Positions 1 to 10,559 of a stretch of 64,000 bases of DNA are shown here, in pieces (within the stretch, counting starts at the first letter, position 1; the number at the start of each line of letters is the position of its first letter). Both the position numbers and the translations under genes were made by a program. The stretch covers positions 129,176 through 193,175 of the forward strand of contig CAVVLW010000006.1 of the NCBI GenBank assembly GCA_963749205.1, given 5' to 3'. This DNA is from an uncultured Thermoplasmata archaeon. Lineage in GTDB: Archaea > Thermoplasmatota > Thermoplasmata > Lutacidiplasmatales > UBA184. The notes beneath the pieces are model-generated. The model saw only the letters and a program-made list of their open reading frames with translations, was not told the origin of the DNA and searched no databases.

Positions 1-143
1 TGCCTCCGGCCGAGAGTCCTGGGCATGGGCCGCGTCGGAAAGGGACGGCGGCGCCACGACAGACGTCCTGCCGGTCACTGTCCGTACCGGTCACTCACCG
101 TGGGGCGCAGGAGTTCGCCGCTGCTCATGCATGCGCCGCTGAC

Positions 144-1100
144 CTACGAAGGGTGCGTGGGGGGACGAACCGGGCCGGGTTCAGATTCCTGGGGAGCGGC
201 CGGTGCAGTTGCCAGTTCTTCCATGAACTTAATCATGATCGAAAAATCCGCATCCATTCCCTTCGCGGTGGCGGCAGCAGCCATCTGCTGAGCCGCAGCG
301 GTGGCCGGCATCGCCACCGAGAGGTCGTAGGCTTCCCTGAGCACCAGGTCGAAATCTTTGTGCATGAGGGCAAGCGCAAAGTTCGTAGGATACTCATCTC
401 GCCGGACATTCTCGAGCTTGGACTTCTGACCCGGAGTTAGCACGTAAGTCTGCCCGAGGACGTCGAGCAACAGACCCTTCTCAATCCCTGCCTTTTGACC
501 GAGCGCAATCGCTTCCGCGAGGGCCTGCATGCCCAGACCGAGCAGGGTGTTGACCACCAGTTTCATGGTGGTGCCCATTCCGCTCGGGCCCATGTAGAAG
601 CTCTGGGGCCCCAGCGTGTCCAGGATTGGTTTACATCGCTGGTACGTCTCCTGCTCGCCTCCGACGAAGATCACGAGGCCTCCCTGTTCCACCTGCGGCA
701 CACTTCCCGAAACAGCAGCGTCAACCATCGGGGCACCACGTTCCGCCGCCGCCTGATGAAGTCGACGCGAAGCTCCGGGAGAAACGGTGCTGAGATCGAT
801 CATCATCGAATCCGAGTGCAACCCTGCGAGCGCACCCTCTGGGCCGAACATCACGTCATGTTGCGCCTCGTCATTGGTCACGCAGGACATGACCACCTGG
901 CACTCCGCCGCCAGGTCCCTCGGCGTGCGGGCCGTGGTCGCGCCCCACTGCTCTGCCGGCCGGGTTTTCTCCGCGGTGCGATCGTAGACCGCCACGGGAT
1001 ACCCCGCATTCAGCAGTCTGCGAGTCATCGCGCTACCCATATGGCCCATGCCGATGAACCCGACTCTCGTTTGCTGCTTGCCGCCTTCCCGGTCCGTCAC
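144..1100 (-). CDS. NAD(P)-dependent oxidoreductase, 3-hydroxyisobutyrate/6-phosphogluconate dehydrogenase family
   Basis: 318-aa ORF. Rossmann motif GFIGMGHMGSAM near the N-terminus. HIBADH-like core (GGLVIFVGG, GTTMKLVVN). GTG start preceded by gaggag. Confidence 0.8.
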   Translation of the reverse strand: MTDREGGKQQTRVGFIGMGHMGSAMTRRLLNAGYPVAVYDRTAEKTRPAEQWGATTARTPRDLAAECQVVMSCVTNDEAQHDVMFGPEGALAGLHSDSMMIDLSTVSPGASRRLHQAAAERGAPMVDAAVSGSVPQVEQGGLVIFVGGEQETYQRCKPILDTLGPQSFYMGPSGMGTTMKLVVNTLLGLGMQALAEAIALGQKAGIEKGLLLDVLGQTYVLTPGQKSKLENVRRDEYPTNFALALMHKDFDLVLREAYDLSVAMPATAAAQQMAAAATAKGMDADFSIMIKFMEELATAPAAPQESEPGPVRPPTHPS

Positions 1101-1282
1101 AACTCCTCACCGATTGGCGTCGGCCAACCGCACTTGACGAACTGGTACCAGGTAGTTGATTCTGCCGAGGAGGAGTCCCGAAGGTGCCGAGGGCGTGGGG
1201 GGGGGCGGTCCTTGCGTCGGTCTGTGGACGCCGGTGAAGGACGGGGAGAGAGGACCCGAGGTCCGTATCTGGAGGATCTCGC

Positions 1283-1885
1283 TTAACCGGGCTTACGCGC
1301 GATGACAACATCCAGAACGTGTCGATGAGGGACCCCATCGAAGTTGCAGTCAAACTCGAACTCCCGAGAATCCAGGATCAGCCAATCCGAGTAGTACCCC
1401 GCAGTTCGCCCGACCGGTACATTGCCAGGTTGGGATCCATGTCGGGCGGTGTTCTGAGGCCGGGCTGGGGAACGAAGGCGTTCACTGCGTGGATCCCTCC
1501 GGGAGCGGTCATCGCTTTGAAATGGGCGAATCGGCGGGCACGGAGCTTGCGCGGGAGATGGTTCAAGGTCGAGCTCGAGAAGACCACGTCGAACTTGCGC
1601 TTCAGGCGATAGGTCCGGAAGGTCCGCTAGTTGGGTTCGAATCGGAAGTTCGAGTCGCGCTGCCCGCCGTTTCGCCTTCTCCAACCCCACGGGAGAGATG
1701 TCGACCCCGAGGACTCGAAACCCGCGCCGCCCGAAGTAGATCAGATCGCGCCCTCTCCCCATCCCCAGGTCAATCAGAGAAGGCGATTGCGGCCCGAGGG
1801 TTTTCTTTAATCTGAAGACGGCGTGGATCAGGTGCCATCCGGCAACATCGAACCGGCCATCGTAACCGGGTCTGCTCGTCGCCAT
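1283..1885 (-). CDS. SAM-dependent methyltransferase (TehB-like); reading frame interrupted, merged span
   Basis: SAM motif I LIDLGMGRGRDLIYFGRRGFRVLGVDISP is in the ORF 1283..1969 frame. The middle (VVFSSSTLNHLPRKLRARRFAHFKAMTAPGG) is in the 1378..1587 frame. The C-terminus (YYSDWLILDSREFEFD) returns to the first frame. There are two compensating frame changes near 1610 and 1395. Confidence 0.6.
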   Translation of the reverse strand: MATSRPGYDGRFDVAGWHLIHAVFRLKKTLGPQSPSLIDLGMGRGRDLIYFGRRGFRVLGVDISPVGLEKAKRRAARLELPIRTQLADLPDLSPEAQVRRGLLELDLEPSPAQAPCPPIRPFQSDDRSRRDPRSERLRSPARPQNTARHGSQPGNVPVGRTAGYYSDWLILDSREFEFDCNFDGVPHRHVLDVVIARKPG

Positions 1886-1977
1886 GCTCGCGGAAAGCTG
1901 ACTAACCACTGGATTCCTAAGACCACGCCGTGCGGCGGGCAAGGTGGGCGGCAATTCCGATAGGTGCAATTGTCATT

Positions 1978-3942
1978 TCAGCCACTCCGGAGAGGGGGGT
2001 CTCGGACGCCGTGAATCGGAAGCCCATACTCGCGAAGCAAGGCGACGAACCTGGGGTGGTCACGAATCGAGTCGAACCATACACCTCGGTACCAGAGCCA
2101 CAGCACCCGATCGCCCTCGCGTGAATCCTGCTCGAGGAGTCCCAGCGCTTTACTCCGCTCCCCCAGGGCCGCGTAAAGCATCGCGAGATGGGTTGGGGAG
2201 GTGTACGATTTTGTCCCTCCTCTTTCCACTGCCGTCGCAACCGCGCGCGCTTCATCGGGTCGGCCGAGGAGAGCGTTAAGCAGGGCATGATCGAATCGTT
2301 CGTCCTCGTCGGCCCCCGTCAACGGGGTGTCCGCTTGCTGGAGGGCATCTGCCCGGCGCCCGGCGGCAAGGAGGGCAAGTCCGAGCTGGACGTGGTGGCT
2401 GATGGAAGTAGGATCGTGCTCGGCCTCTTTCTCCAGGTGCTCTACAAGGGCGGTGGAATTTCCCGCGGCCCAATCGACCATCACCAACGGATGGCCCGCG
2501 TGGCCCGTGGGGTCTAGTCGGATCTCGGCCCGGAACACCCCTCTCGCCTCATCGAACCGGTCCAGAGCAACGAGCATCATCCCCAGGAATCGGTGGGCCG
2601 TGACATTGCTGGGATTGAGCGAAATCGCGATCTTGAATTCACTTTCGGCGAGCTGCCAGTCGTGATCAAATTGAAACGCAATATTGGCCAGCGCCGCGTG
2701 GGCATCGGACGAGTTGGGGTCGAGCTCGAGGGCTTTGGCGGCCAGCTCTCTGGCGCGGGGTACCACCTCGCGCATGGAGACATGCTCCCCGGCCGCTTTG
2801 ACGTACAGATCTGCCCAAGCGGCGTAGGCCTCGGCGAAGTCCGGGTCGAGCTCCGTCGCGTGCTCGTAACATCGGATCGCTTCGTCATAGCCCCGCCACA
2901 TCGGCTCCCTTTCCGCCACGAGTCCCCGCAGGTAGGAGTCGTAAGCCTCAGTGTTCGTCGTGGGCTGTTCTCGCACTCGCGGTCGCCCGGTCTTTACGAA
3001 CTCCAGGCGGAGCGCTTCCGCCGTCCGTTCCGCGATATCGGCCTGAACGGCGAAGACGTCGTCGATCTCCCGATTGTAGCTGCTGGACCAGAGATGCCCT
3101 TGCGTGACCACATCGATCAATTGGAGGGTGATCCGGATGCGCTTTCCTGCCTTTCGGACGCTTCCTTCGAGGACGGCATCGACTCCCAACTCCTTTCCGA
3201 TTTGCGCGACGGATTTTGGCGCGGACTTGTACGGCGTGACCGACGTTCGCGCGATCACATTCATGCCCCGGACCTGGGAGAGGACTGAAATCAGCTCGTC
3301 GGTGAGACCGTCCGCGAAGTAGTCGTCGCTCGGGTCCGGACTGATGTTTGCGAGGGGAAGGACCGCGATGCTCCGGGCCTCCCCCCGCACCGGGACCGAA
3401 CGATCGGTTGGCCGTGCCTCCCATGGCTGAATCACCTTGTAGATGCTCACCTCGGCCTTGATGTTCTTCAGTGCGATCGGTGACAACTTCACGAACGGGG
3501 TCGGGACCTTGTTCTGTACCTGGTCGTACACCTGCTGGGTCACGCAGACGCTCTCCGGTTCGGCCACCGACTGGATGCGAGAGGCGATGTTCACTACATC
3601 CCCGAAGACGTCCCCCGCGGCATGCACCACGTCCCCGACGTGAATCCCGATTCGAATTCGGATCACTCGCCCACCGGGGGAGGTCTTGTTGTACTCGTGA
3701 AGGACGCGCTGGATCTCGACGGCGCATCGGGTCGAGTCCAGCGCACTCTCGAACTCGACCAGGAACGCGTCTCCGAAGGTTTTCACCTCGCGGCCGCTGA
3801 ACTTCTTGAAGATGGGCCGAAGGAGGCGGTTGTGCCGGTCCAGGAGTGCGAGCGCGTTCGCTTCATCCGCCTGGGCCAGGGCGGAATAGCCCACCATGTC
3901 CGTGAACATGATCGCGGCGAGCCGACGCCGCGTTTGCATCAT
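1978..3942 (-). CDS. Class III adenylate/guanylate cyclase fused to a TolB-N-like spacer and C-terminal TPR repeats
   Basis: The conserved part of ORF 1978..4284 begins at ATGATG 3942. Cyclase motifs IMFTDMVGYS, TFGDAFLVEF, IRIGIHVGDV. These are followed by IAVLPLANISPD..YFADGLTDELI and TPR-like helices to the stop. Confidence 0.8.
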   Translation of the reverse strand: MMQTRRRLAAIMFTDMVGYSALAQADEANALALLDRHNRLLRPIFKKFSGREVKTFGDAFLVEFESALDSTRCAVEIQRVLHEYNKTSPGGRVIRIRIGIHVGDVVHAAGDVFGDVVNIASRIQSVAEPESVCVTQQVYDQVQNKVPTPFVKLSPIALKNIKAEVSIYKVIQPWEARPTDRSVPVRGEARSIAVLPLANISPDPSDDYFADGLTDELISVLSQVRGMNVIARTSVTPYKSAPKSVAQIGKELGVDAVLEGSVRKAGKRIRITLQLIDVVTQGHLWSSSYNREIDDVFAVQADIAERTAEALRLEFVKTGRPRVREQPTTNTEAYDSYLRGLVAEREPMWRGYDEAIRCYEHATELDPDFAEAYAAWADLYVKAAGEHVSMREVVPRARELAAKALELDPNSSDAHAALANIAFQFDHDWQLAESEFKIAISLNPSNVTAHRFLGMMLVALDRFDEARGVFRAEIRLDPTGHAGHPLVMVDWAAGNSTALVEHLEKEAEHDPTSISHHVQLGLALLAAGRRADALQQADTPLTGADEDERFDHALLNALLGRPDEARAVATAVERGGTKSYTSPTHLAMLYAALGERSKALGLLEQDSREGDRVLWLWYRGVWFDSIRDHPRFVALLREYGLPIHGVRDPPLRSG

Positions 3943-4183
3943 GATCTCCGAACTCCCGCCCCCCAAATTAAGCGCTCCGAGTTGCGGGGATTTGGGCCGT
4001 GGCCCACTCCGCCGCGGCCCTGTGACGGGTACGTCGGCCGGGCGCGGACGTAGCCACCCGCGTCGCCCGGGCAAGAACCTGCGGTTTTGCGTGGTGGGCG
4101 CACTCCTCGTTCCAGCCCGTTGGCCGTTGTCAGCATCAACCCCGGCCTCGAACGCGGCCCCAATTGAACTTCTAACCCTGTGA

Positions 4184-4867
4184 TTACCGGACCATCCCCG
4201 TTCCGAGGATTTGCTGAGGCCCCCCAGTGGTCCGGGCCGCTGCCCCCGCCCTCTGCACCCGCCTGGCCACGAGCGATAGGACAAACGCTACGAATAAAGT
4301 GAGCCCGGCGAAAAAGGCATAATACCAACCGAACCCCGCCGTCGATAAACCGCCCGTGAGTGGAAGGTATCCTGCGCCGTTGTTGTACGAGTAGTAGGCA
4401 TACATCCCAGGAGCGACGAATGCGCTGAGGCAGCCGAGTCCGGTAACGAGGGAGCCAAGTCGTCCGCGGCCTCCCTTCATCGCAATCGTCCGAGGTGCGA
4501 TGAGGGAGAGAACGATGCCGAGGACGCTTGCGAGAATGGCAAAGAGGATCAGGGCTTCGGCTGCCACGTACGCCGTTGGAAAGCTCGTGACCATCGAACA
4601 AGTGGTGGTCCCCGAGCCACTGCTCGACTCGCAGACGTTCCCCCAAATGTAGAGGCGAGTCGATAGTACCACCCCACCGATCGTCGCTGACACGACTTGC
4701 CAGGGAGTGACCAGGCTCTCTAACGTCAATATTAGACCGAGAGCGCTGAGCGCGAAAACCGCCCACCAGTGTTTCTTAAATCGGAGTCCACTGGTCGTCG
4801 TCGTTTGGACCGATCCGTAGGATAGGCTAGCCATCGCTTGAGCGACCCGAGAGTTGCGAAGAGTCAT
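4184..4867 (-). CDS. Hypothetical polytopic membrane protein
   Basis: 227-aa ORF with several hydrophobic helices (WWAVFALSALGLILTL, ALILFAILASVLGIVLSLI, YYAFFAGLTLFVAFVLSLV). No family recognised. An alternative ATG start lies at 4834. Confidence 0.5.
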   Translation of the reverse strand: MTLRNSRVAQAMASLSYGSVQTTTTSGLRFKKHWWAVFALSALGLILTLESLVTPWQVVSATIGGVVLSTRLYIWGNVCESSSGSGTTTCSMVTSFPTAYVAAEALILFAILASVLGIVLSLIAPRTIAMKGGRGRLGSLVTGLGCLSAFVAPGMYAYYSYNNGAGYLPLTGGLSTAGFGWYYAFFAGLTLFVAFVLSLVARRVQRAGAAARTTGGPQQILGTGMVR

Positions 4868-4972
4868 ATGGACCCTTCGCCGAGGAAACGGACTCTTACT
4901 TCCCGGAGCGCAGGCGCAACAAGGCTGGGAAGCGAGTCGCGCTCCCCGAAACCAAGAATCCTAAAACTCGAG

Positions 4973-5961
4973 TCACATCGGAGCAACGGTCGGGAGTCGG
5001 AGGAAGCCCGAGCGCAATTGGATCGATCCCGTAACGCGATCGATCTCGCCGTGGACGCCGTACGCTCGGCGACCTGCCGCCTGGGAGATTATGTACCACC
5101 ACACCTCGTAAATCGGACCCTTCTCGGCGGCCTCCCCAAAATGGTAGCTCTCGGCGAGCCACTCGCTCTTGGCCATCGCGGGGAGGTAGGTCCGCTCGAG
5201 CGCCGCCTGTGGGGAAGTGACCGGTCCGGGGGTCGGGGGGAGCTTGGCCACGTCAAGGCTCCGGTCGGAGCCCGTCATCCCGGAACCCAGGGAGAGTCTG
5301 CGGAAGCGGATGTGGTAGCGGGTGGGGGTCTCGGTCTCCTCGAGCAACAGCCACCTCCATGGGCTCGTACTCGGGAGGACTTCGGCGTATCCGAATCGAC
5401 GCCGCAAGATGCCGGCCCTCCAACGAGCGACGCCTCGGAGGAGGAGATACCCCCGTACACCCCGACGAGGATCCACGCGGTCTCCTCCCAGAGCCCGAAG
5501 GGAACCGTCCCGTGTTCGAGGATGAGCACGATCAGGCACACCCCGGTGAGGGTCATGGTAACGAGACTGACCGCGACGTCGGCGTTCAGTCGGAGTGGTC
5601 GTCCCGAGAAAGGAAGTAGCGGACGGACCGCGTAGTTCGTGAAACCATCGAGCGCGAGATGGGAGAGGCCGCCGATTTCCATCGCGACGAAGTAGAGCAG
5701 TGTCGATGCGTGGGTGAAGTAGGGGAGGTAGGGCACCAGGAAGCTGCCCGGCGACCGCGATGATGGTCACGCCCAGAACCGTGTGCACGGCGCCCCGGTG
5801 GTGGAGCGACGGGAACCACCGAGTGAGGGGGAAGAGGAGGATGTCCGCGTTCCGGAAGGCCGCCCGCGAGTGATCCCGCCGCGATGTACCTGCGGAGCGG
5901 CGGGTCCCCAGATGATGAACGAGAGCAGGTAGGCGAAGATTACGTGAGTAAAGAGATCCAA
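4973..5961 (-). CDS. DUF457/YdjM-like membrane-bound metal-dependent hydrolase with an unknown C-terminal region; reading frame interrupted
   Basis: Pieces lie in three frames: MDLFTHVIFAYLLSF with a TTG start (5767..5961), FRNADILLFPLTRWFPSLHHRGAVHTVLGV (4973..6052 frame), and LYFVAMEIGGLSHLALDGFTNYAVRPLLPF (5275..5736). Confidence 0.4.
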
Positions 5962-6306
5962 TCGGTGGCCCCCCGACCTCGAACACTACTCGACACAACG
6001 GATTATGTTGCCCATCTCGCAGGCCACCACCGGGCGAGGCCCGTGGTTGCAACCATGCTTACACCTCTGACGCTGGAGCCACTTCCCTAGGCCAGCAGAA
6101 ACAATTGCTGTCCGCTCCCGTTTTCACCAGTGACCTCAACTTCCCACTCTCGAGAGTACCTCGAACGTTGCCTGGTAGAGCGGCTTCAGCTGCATGAACG
6201 GCGGCCCCTACCGCGTCCCGGAGCGCGTGATTCCCTAGGCTGATTTCTGTGCTACCCCATGGGGCGCCGGTGAATCATGACGGAGTGACCCCGTTCGCTG
6301 GGCCTC

Positions 6307-7262
6307 CTATTCGATGTTCTCTAGGAATGTAGCGGACGGGACGAAGAACAGGTTCCCGGTGACCGCCCGACTGAAATCCAGCAGCCGGTCGTAGTTCCCG
6401 GGGGGATTGCCGACGAACATGTTCTGGAGCATCTGTTCGGTCGTACGGGGCGAGCGGCTGTAGCCGATGAAGAAGGTCCCGAACTCCCCTTTCGCGGGGC
6501 TACCGAACGACATGTTGTCTCGGAGAATCTTGACTTCCTTCCCGTTCTCGACGATCGTGGTCAACGCGTTGTGGGCGTAGCTGGGTTTCACGGAGTCGAG
6601 GAGTTCGATATCCGATAGTTTCTCCCGGCCGACGATGCGCTCCTGCTGTTCGGTGGGGAGAGCGTTCCAGCCCGCGAGATCGTGGAGATACTTCTGCACG
6701 ATCACGTAGCTGCCGCCCGCAAATCGCGCGTCCTCCTCGCCGATCAGGGTGGCGTCGGCGGCTTCCTGACCCTGGGGGTTCTCGGTCCCGTCGACGAACC
6801 CGATGAGGTCGCGGTTATCGAAATAACGGAATCCCTGGACCTCGTCCGTGGGGCGGACGGCCGCTCCTCAGACGGGCCAGGATCTGCGTCTCGAGCTCGA
6901 AGCACAGGTCCATGCGGTTCGCGCGAATGTGAAAAAAGAGATCGCCGGGAGTGGAGACGGCGTGTCGATTCTCGGCTCGGATCACCCGGAACGGATGGAG
7001 CTCTGCGGGTCGTGGCGGTCCAAAGAGCGAATCCCACGCTTCCCGGTCCAAAGGCGGCGATGCAAGAGAGACTCTTTTCCGGTTCGCGAGAACCCACCCC
7101 ACGGACCAATGCGGAGAGGTCCCCGCAGAGCGAGCGGACGACCGCACGATTTTCGACGCCCGGCGGGATAGTCAACGTCAGGAAGATCACGGCCCGCGTG
7201 AGCAGGCCGGTCACTGGTTGTGGAATTGCATTCCCACTATTGGACCGACTCGGCGACGGCAA
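6307..7262 (-). CDS. DyP-type (dye-decolorizing) peroxidase; reading frame interrupted, merged span
   Basis: The C-terminal half is in ORF 6307..6705 (GEFGTFFIGYSRSP, NMFVGNPPGNYDRLLDF), with an upstream in-frame continuation FRYFDNRDLIGFVDGTENP. GDLFFHIRANRMDLCFELE (6815..7147 frame) and AVIFLTLTIPPG (6744..7262 frame) lie in other frames. The start is uncertain. Confidence 0.7.
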
Positions 7263-7482
7263 CTACGGAAGGCTCCTACCCGCCGCTCGGGAGGAGGTTC
7301 CGCATGATATACCTCGCGCCGGTCGATGGTAGTTTTTTCCGATCACGACGAGTTTCGCGCTCCGGGGGAGGCTCTCCCGCGATGGTTCGAGCCATCGAAG
7401 TCGCGATTCCCCCTCGGCCGTCAGAAGGGTTCAGGTAGGCGAGCGCATTGGTGATTCGAGCCGTTCCATGATTCCGTCCGAA

Positions 7483-8854
7483 ATGCGGTACGCCAAGAGC
7501 GGGGCACGTGCACGTCGCGTATCAGACGGTGGGAGACGGCCCGGTCGACCTGGTACTCGGATTCAGCGGGATCTCCCAATTGGAGGTGATGTGGGAAGAA
7601 CCCTCCTGCGCGCGCTTCTTCCGGCAGCTCGCCGACTTCAGCCGTCTTATTCTCTTCGACAAACGCGGTACGGGTCTTTCCGACCGCAACGTGGGGATTG
7701 CCACCCTCGAAGACCGTATGGACGACATCCGCGCGGTCCTCGACGCCGTCGGGTCGGAACGGACCGCACTGTTTGGGACCCTCGACGGGACTCCCCTCAC
7801 GCTGCTCTTCGCCGCGACGTACCCGGAGAAGACCGTGGCGCTCATCCTGTGGGGCGGCCAGGCCCGAAGCCTGTGGGCACCAGATTACCCTTGGGCGAAA
7901 ACGGAGGAACAGTGGGAGGCCGAGATCCGGCGCGATGAGGCCGACTGGGGGAGCCCGGCCCATATCGAACGGGTGACCGCTCAACTCGCCCCGAGTCGGC
8001 TCCGCGACCCCGAATTCAAGCGATGGCTCAGCCGACGGGTCCGGTTCGGCGCCTCACCGGCCGAAGGCAGCGCCCTGAGTCGAATGAACATGCAGATCGA
8101 CGTCCGATGGGCGCTCCCCGCCTTGCACGTTCCGACCTTGGTCATGTACACTCCGGCGAGCCGGGCATCGTCGGTCGAGGATGGACGGTTCCTGGCATCG
8201 AAGATCCCCGGAGCCCAAGTCGCTGAGGTGGACTGCCCCGACCACCTGTTCTGGACCACGGCCGAGGGGACACGGGAGGCGGTGGGAGTCATGCGGCGCT
8301 TTGTGGAGGGGCTCGGGAGCTCGCCCGAGAGCGACCGGATCCTGACCACCGTGCTCTTCACCGACCTCGTGGGTTCCACGCAGCTCGCTTCCGCGATGGG
8401 CGATCGACGGTGGGGCGAACTTCTGGACCGTCACTTCGCCAGTGCGCGAAGAGAGCTCGCGCGGCACCGAGGAACGCTCATCAAGACCACGGGGGACGGG
8501 ATGGTCGCGGTCTTCGACGGACCGACCCGCGCGATCCGATGCGCGCTGTCGTTGCGGGACGGAGCGAGAACCGATGGCCTCACGCTGCGTGCGGGGCTCC
8601 ACACCGGGGAGTGCGTGCTCAAGTCGGGGGACGTCCAGGGGATCGCGGTCCATATCGCCTCCCGCATCAGCGACCGAGCCGGTCCCGGAGAGGTCCTCGT
8701 GTCGGGCACCGTCCGGGACCTCTCGGTCGGTTCCGATATCCCGTTCCGTGACCTCGGAGCTCACCCGCTGAAGGGCGTCGAGGGGGAGTGGCGGGTTTAC
8801 GCCACAGGGGAGGGTCTGCCCGCAACAACCCCGACCCAAAGTGAATCGACGTAA
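7483..8854 (+). CDS. Alpha/beta-hydrolase-fold domain fused to a class III adenylate/guanylate cyclase (LipJ-like architecture)
   Basis: ATG 7483 (MRYAKSG) is followed by a 1-nt frame change in g-run 7501-7504 into ORF 7508..8854 (HVAYQTVGDGPVDLVL). The C-terminal cyclase has motifs VLFTDLVGST, TTGDGMVAVF, LRAGLHTGE, GIAVHIASR. Confidence 0.8.
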
Positions 8855-8883
8855 CCCGAGATGGTCGGGGAAGGAGCGCCGCC

Positions 8884-9261
8884 TCAGTTCGACCCCGACG
8901 GAGATGGGCCGACATCGAGGTGATCCCGCGGAAACCAGCCGGTTCGGGACTGCGAATCGCGGCACCACAGCCACCCGCCTTGGCGGTCCTCCGTGATGAC
9001 TTGCAACTCTTCGCCGACGAGGGGGTCGAGGGTGGTGGTATCGTATCCCTTCCGGACGTGCCCGGTCGCGCCTTCCCTCCGAAGGATCCGCGCCGGAACC
9101 CACCCCCGCTCTCCCTTTCTCGTGGTCACGAACACAAAGGCGGGCCATTCGCTGGACTGCTCTCCAACCTCCAATTTCTCCCCGCGGCGAACCACCAGAG
9201 GCGGCGTAGAGATCCTGGTGGACGGAGGCAGGCGCCGTACGACTCGGACCGTCCGTGCCAT
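8884..9261 (-). CDS. Hypothetical protein, SH3-like
   Basis: 125-aa ORF. The pattern GWVPARILR ... GWLWCRDSQSRTGWFPRDHL resembles bacterial SH3-type domains. The assignment is weak. Confidence 0.45.
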   Translation of the reverse strand: MARTVRVVRRLPPSTRISTPPLVVRRGEKLEVGEQSSEWPAFVFVTTRKGERGWVPARILRREGATGHVRKGYDTTTLDPLVGEELQVITEDRQGGWLWCRDSQSRTGWFPRDHLDVGPSPSGSN

Positions 9262-9442
9262 CTCGGGTTCGGTAGGGTTCTGCGTTCAAAAGCAGCCACG
9301 CTCCGTTGCAAACTACCACGGACTGTGTGCAACCGGCATTGCACCCACGTTCCGTCGAGCACGAAAAATCCCGGCGCGGCTTTGTCAACCGAGGAGGCCG
9401 ACTGAAATTTCGCTCGGGAATGGTCCGCGGGATGGGGCACGC

Positions 9443-9754
9443 ATGAGAGTTCAGTTTTCCGGGACCGTGGACGCCGACGGCGCGGCGGATGAGCTCATCC
9501 TGGCGTACCTTGCCCGCCACCGGGGCGGTTCGGTGACCGCGGATCAAGTCTGGAAGAGTCTGCGCTCGCGGGGCCTCACGCCGTCGGACGGGCGACCGAC
9601 CGCTCAGAATGACCCAGATGATGGGGTCGCGATTGCAGAGATTCGCCGTAGGTTAGAAAAGTGGTTGGACGAGGGTTTGGTCGGTGGAGAAAAAGAGCCC
9701 GAATCCATTACCGGCGACCGTCACTTCTGGGCCCTTGGAAAGTTACCGGTGTAG
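9443..9754 (+). CDS. Hypothetical small protein (possible winged-helix)
   Basis: ATG 9443 within ORF 8993..9754. The sequence (ELILAYLARHRGGSVTADQVWKSL) has non-repetitive composition, unlike the upstream part of the ORF. Confidence 0.4.
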   Translation: MRVQFSGTVDADGAADELILAYLARHRGGSVTADQVWKSLRSRGLTPSDGRPTAQNDPDDGVAIAEIRRRLEKWLDEGLVGGEKEPESITGDRHFWALGKLPV

Positions 9755-9821
9755 CGCCGAGCGCGAGTCAAACTGGGCGGCTGATTGACGTCGTCTGCGT
9801 CGGAGGCTGGTGATCGTGGAC

Positions 9822-10315
9822 TCAGGCGTACTGGAACTTGGTCAAGGTCGTGCGGGATACGGGGAGGCGCGACGACAGCGATCCCGTGAGATCTTCCGTC
9901 GTCGCCTTGGTCCAGAGCCCCCAGAGATCGAGGGAGAGGGCGTGCCGTCGTTGCCGGTGAACACGACGGACGACAACGTCCGCCCGGTTCCCGCTCCGGT
10001 CCGATAGCCGGACGGCGAACGATCGGGCCCTCGCGGCCGGAGCCCAGGCTCCGCTCTCGAGGGCCCTGAGGAGCTCTCCAACCGGTTCCTCGGGGACCGA
10101 AGTGCTTTCCGTTCCGGCAGGGGGAGCCACCCTCCCGGACGGATCTCCCAGTGGTCGATCCATCGAAATCTGCGGGCGGCCAAAGCGTGCAGAGTCGCGG
10201 CGGCCAAAAGGAGGAGGTCGGCCGACTCCACCAGGTCCTTCTCGGAGAGTAATCTCTCGAGCCGCTGGAGAAAGGGGGCTCCCTCGATCGGTTTCGTTAC
10301 CACGGTAAGGTCCAT
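9822..10315 (-). CDS. Hypothetical protein; reading frame interrupted
   Basis: ATG 10315 gives MDLTVVTKPIEGAPFLQRLERLL (9842..10606 frame). After about 10150 it continues in the 9822..10163 frame (EEPVGELLRALESGAW...LSLDLWGLW). No family recognised. Confidence 0.3.
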
Positions 10316-10559
10316 CTCGATCCGAACATGACGGTAGGGTCGGTTTCGCTGCCGTCGATTCGACCTCGGACCGGAGATAGGTTGGTTGAGGATGGAAATT
10401 GGGCCCACGAGGTCAGGTGCCGAAAGAGCCGGGGGTGGGGGACCGGAGGGTGTCACGACCGGCGGTGGAACGTGCGCAGAAGACCCTTTTGCACGCTGCG
10501 GGGAAGATTCCGCTCGGTCGAAACGCTCCCCGGAGGGGAGGGCGAGGGGGCTCCGTCCG

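Noticed and set aside
1622-1642. T-loop-like string gggttcgaatcgg.
   Set aside because: It lies inside the methyltransferase coding region, and no acceptor arm or anticodon arm can be folded around it.
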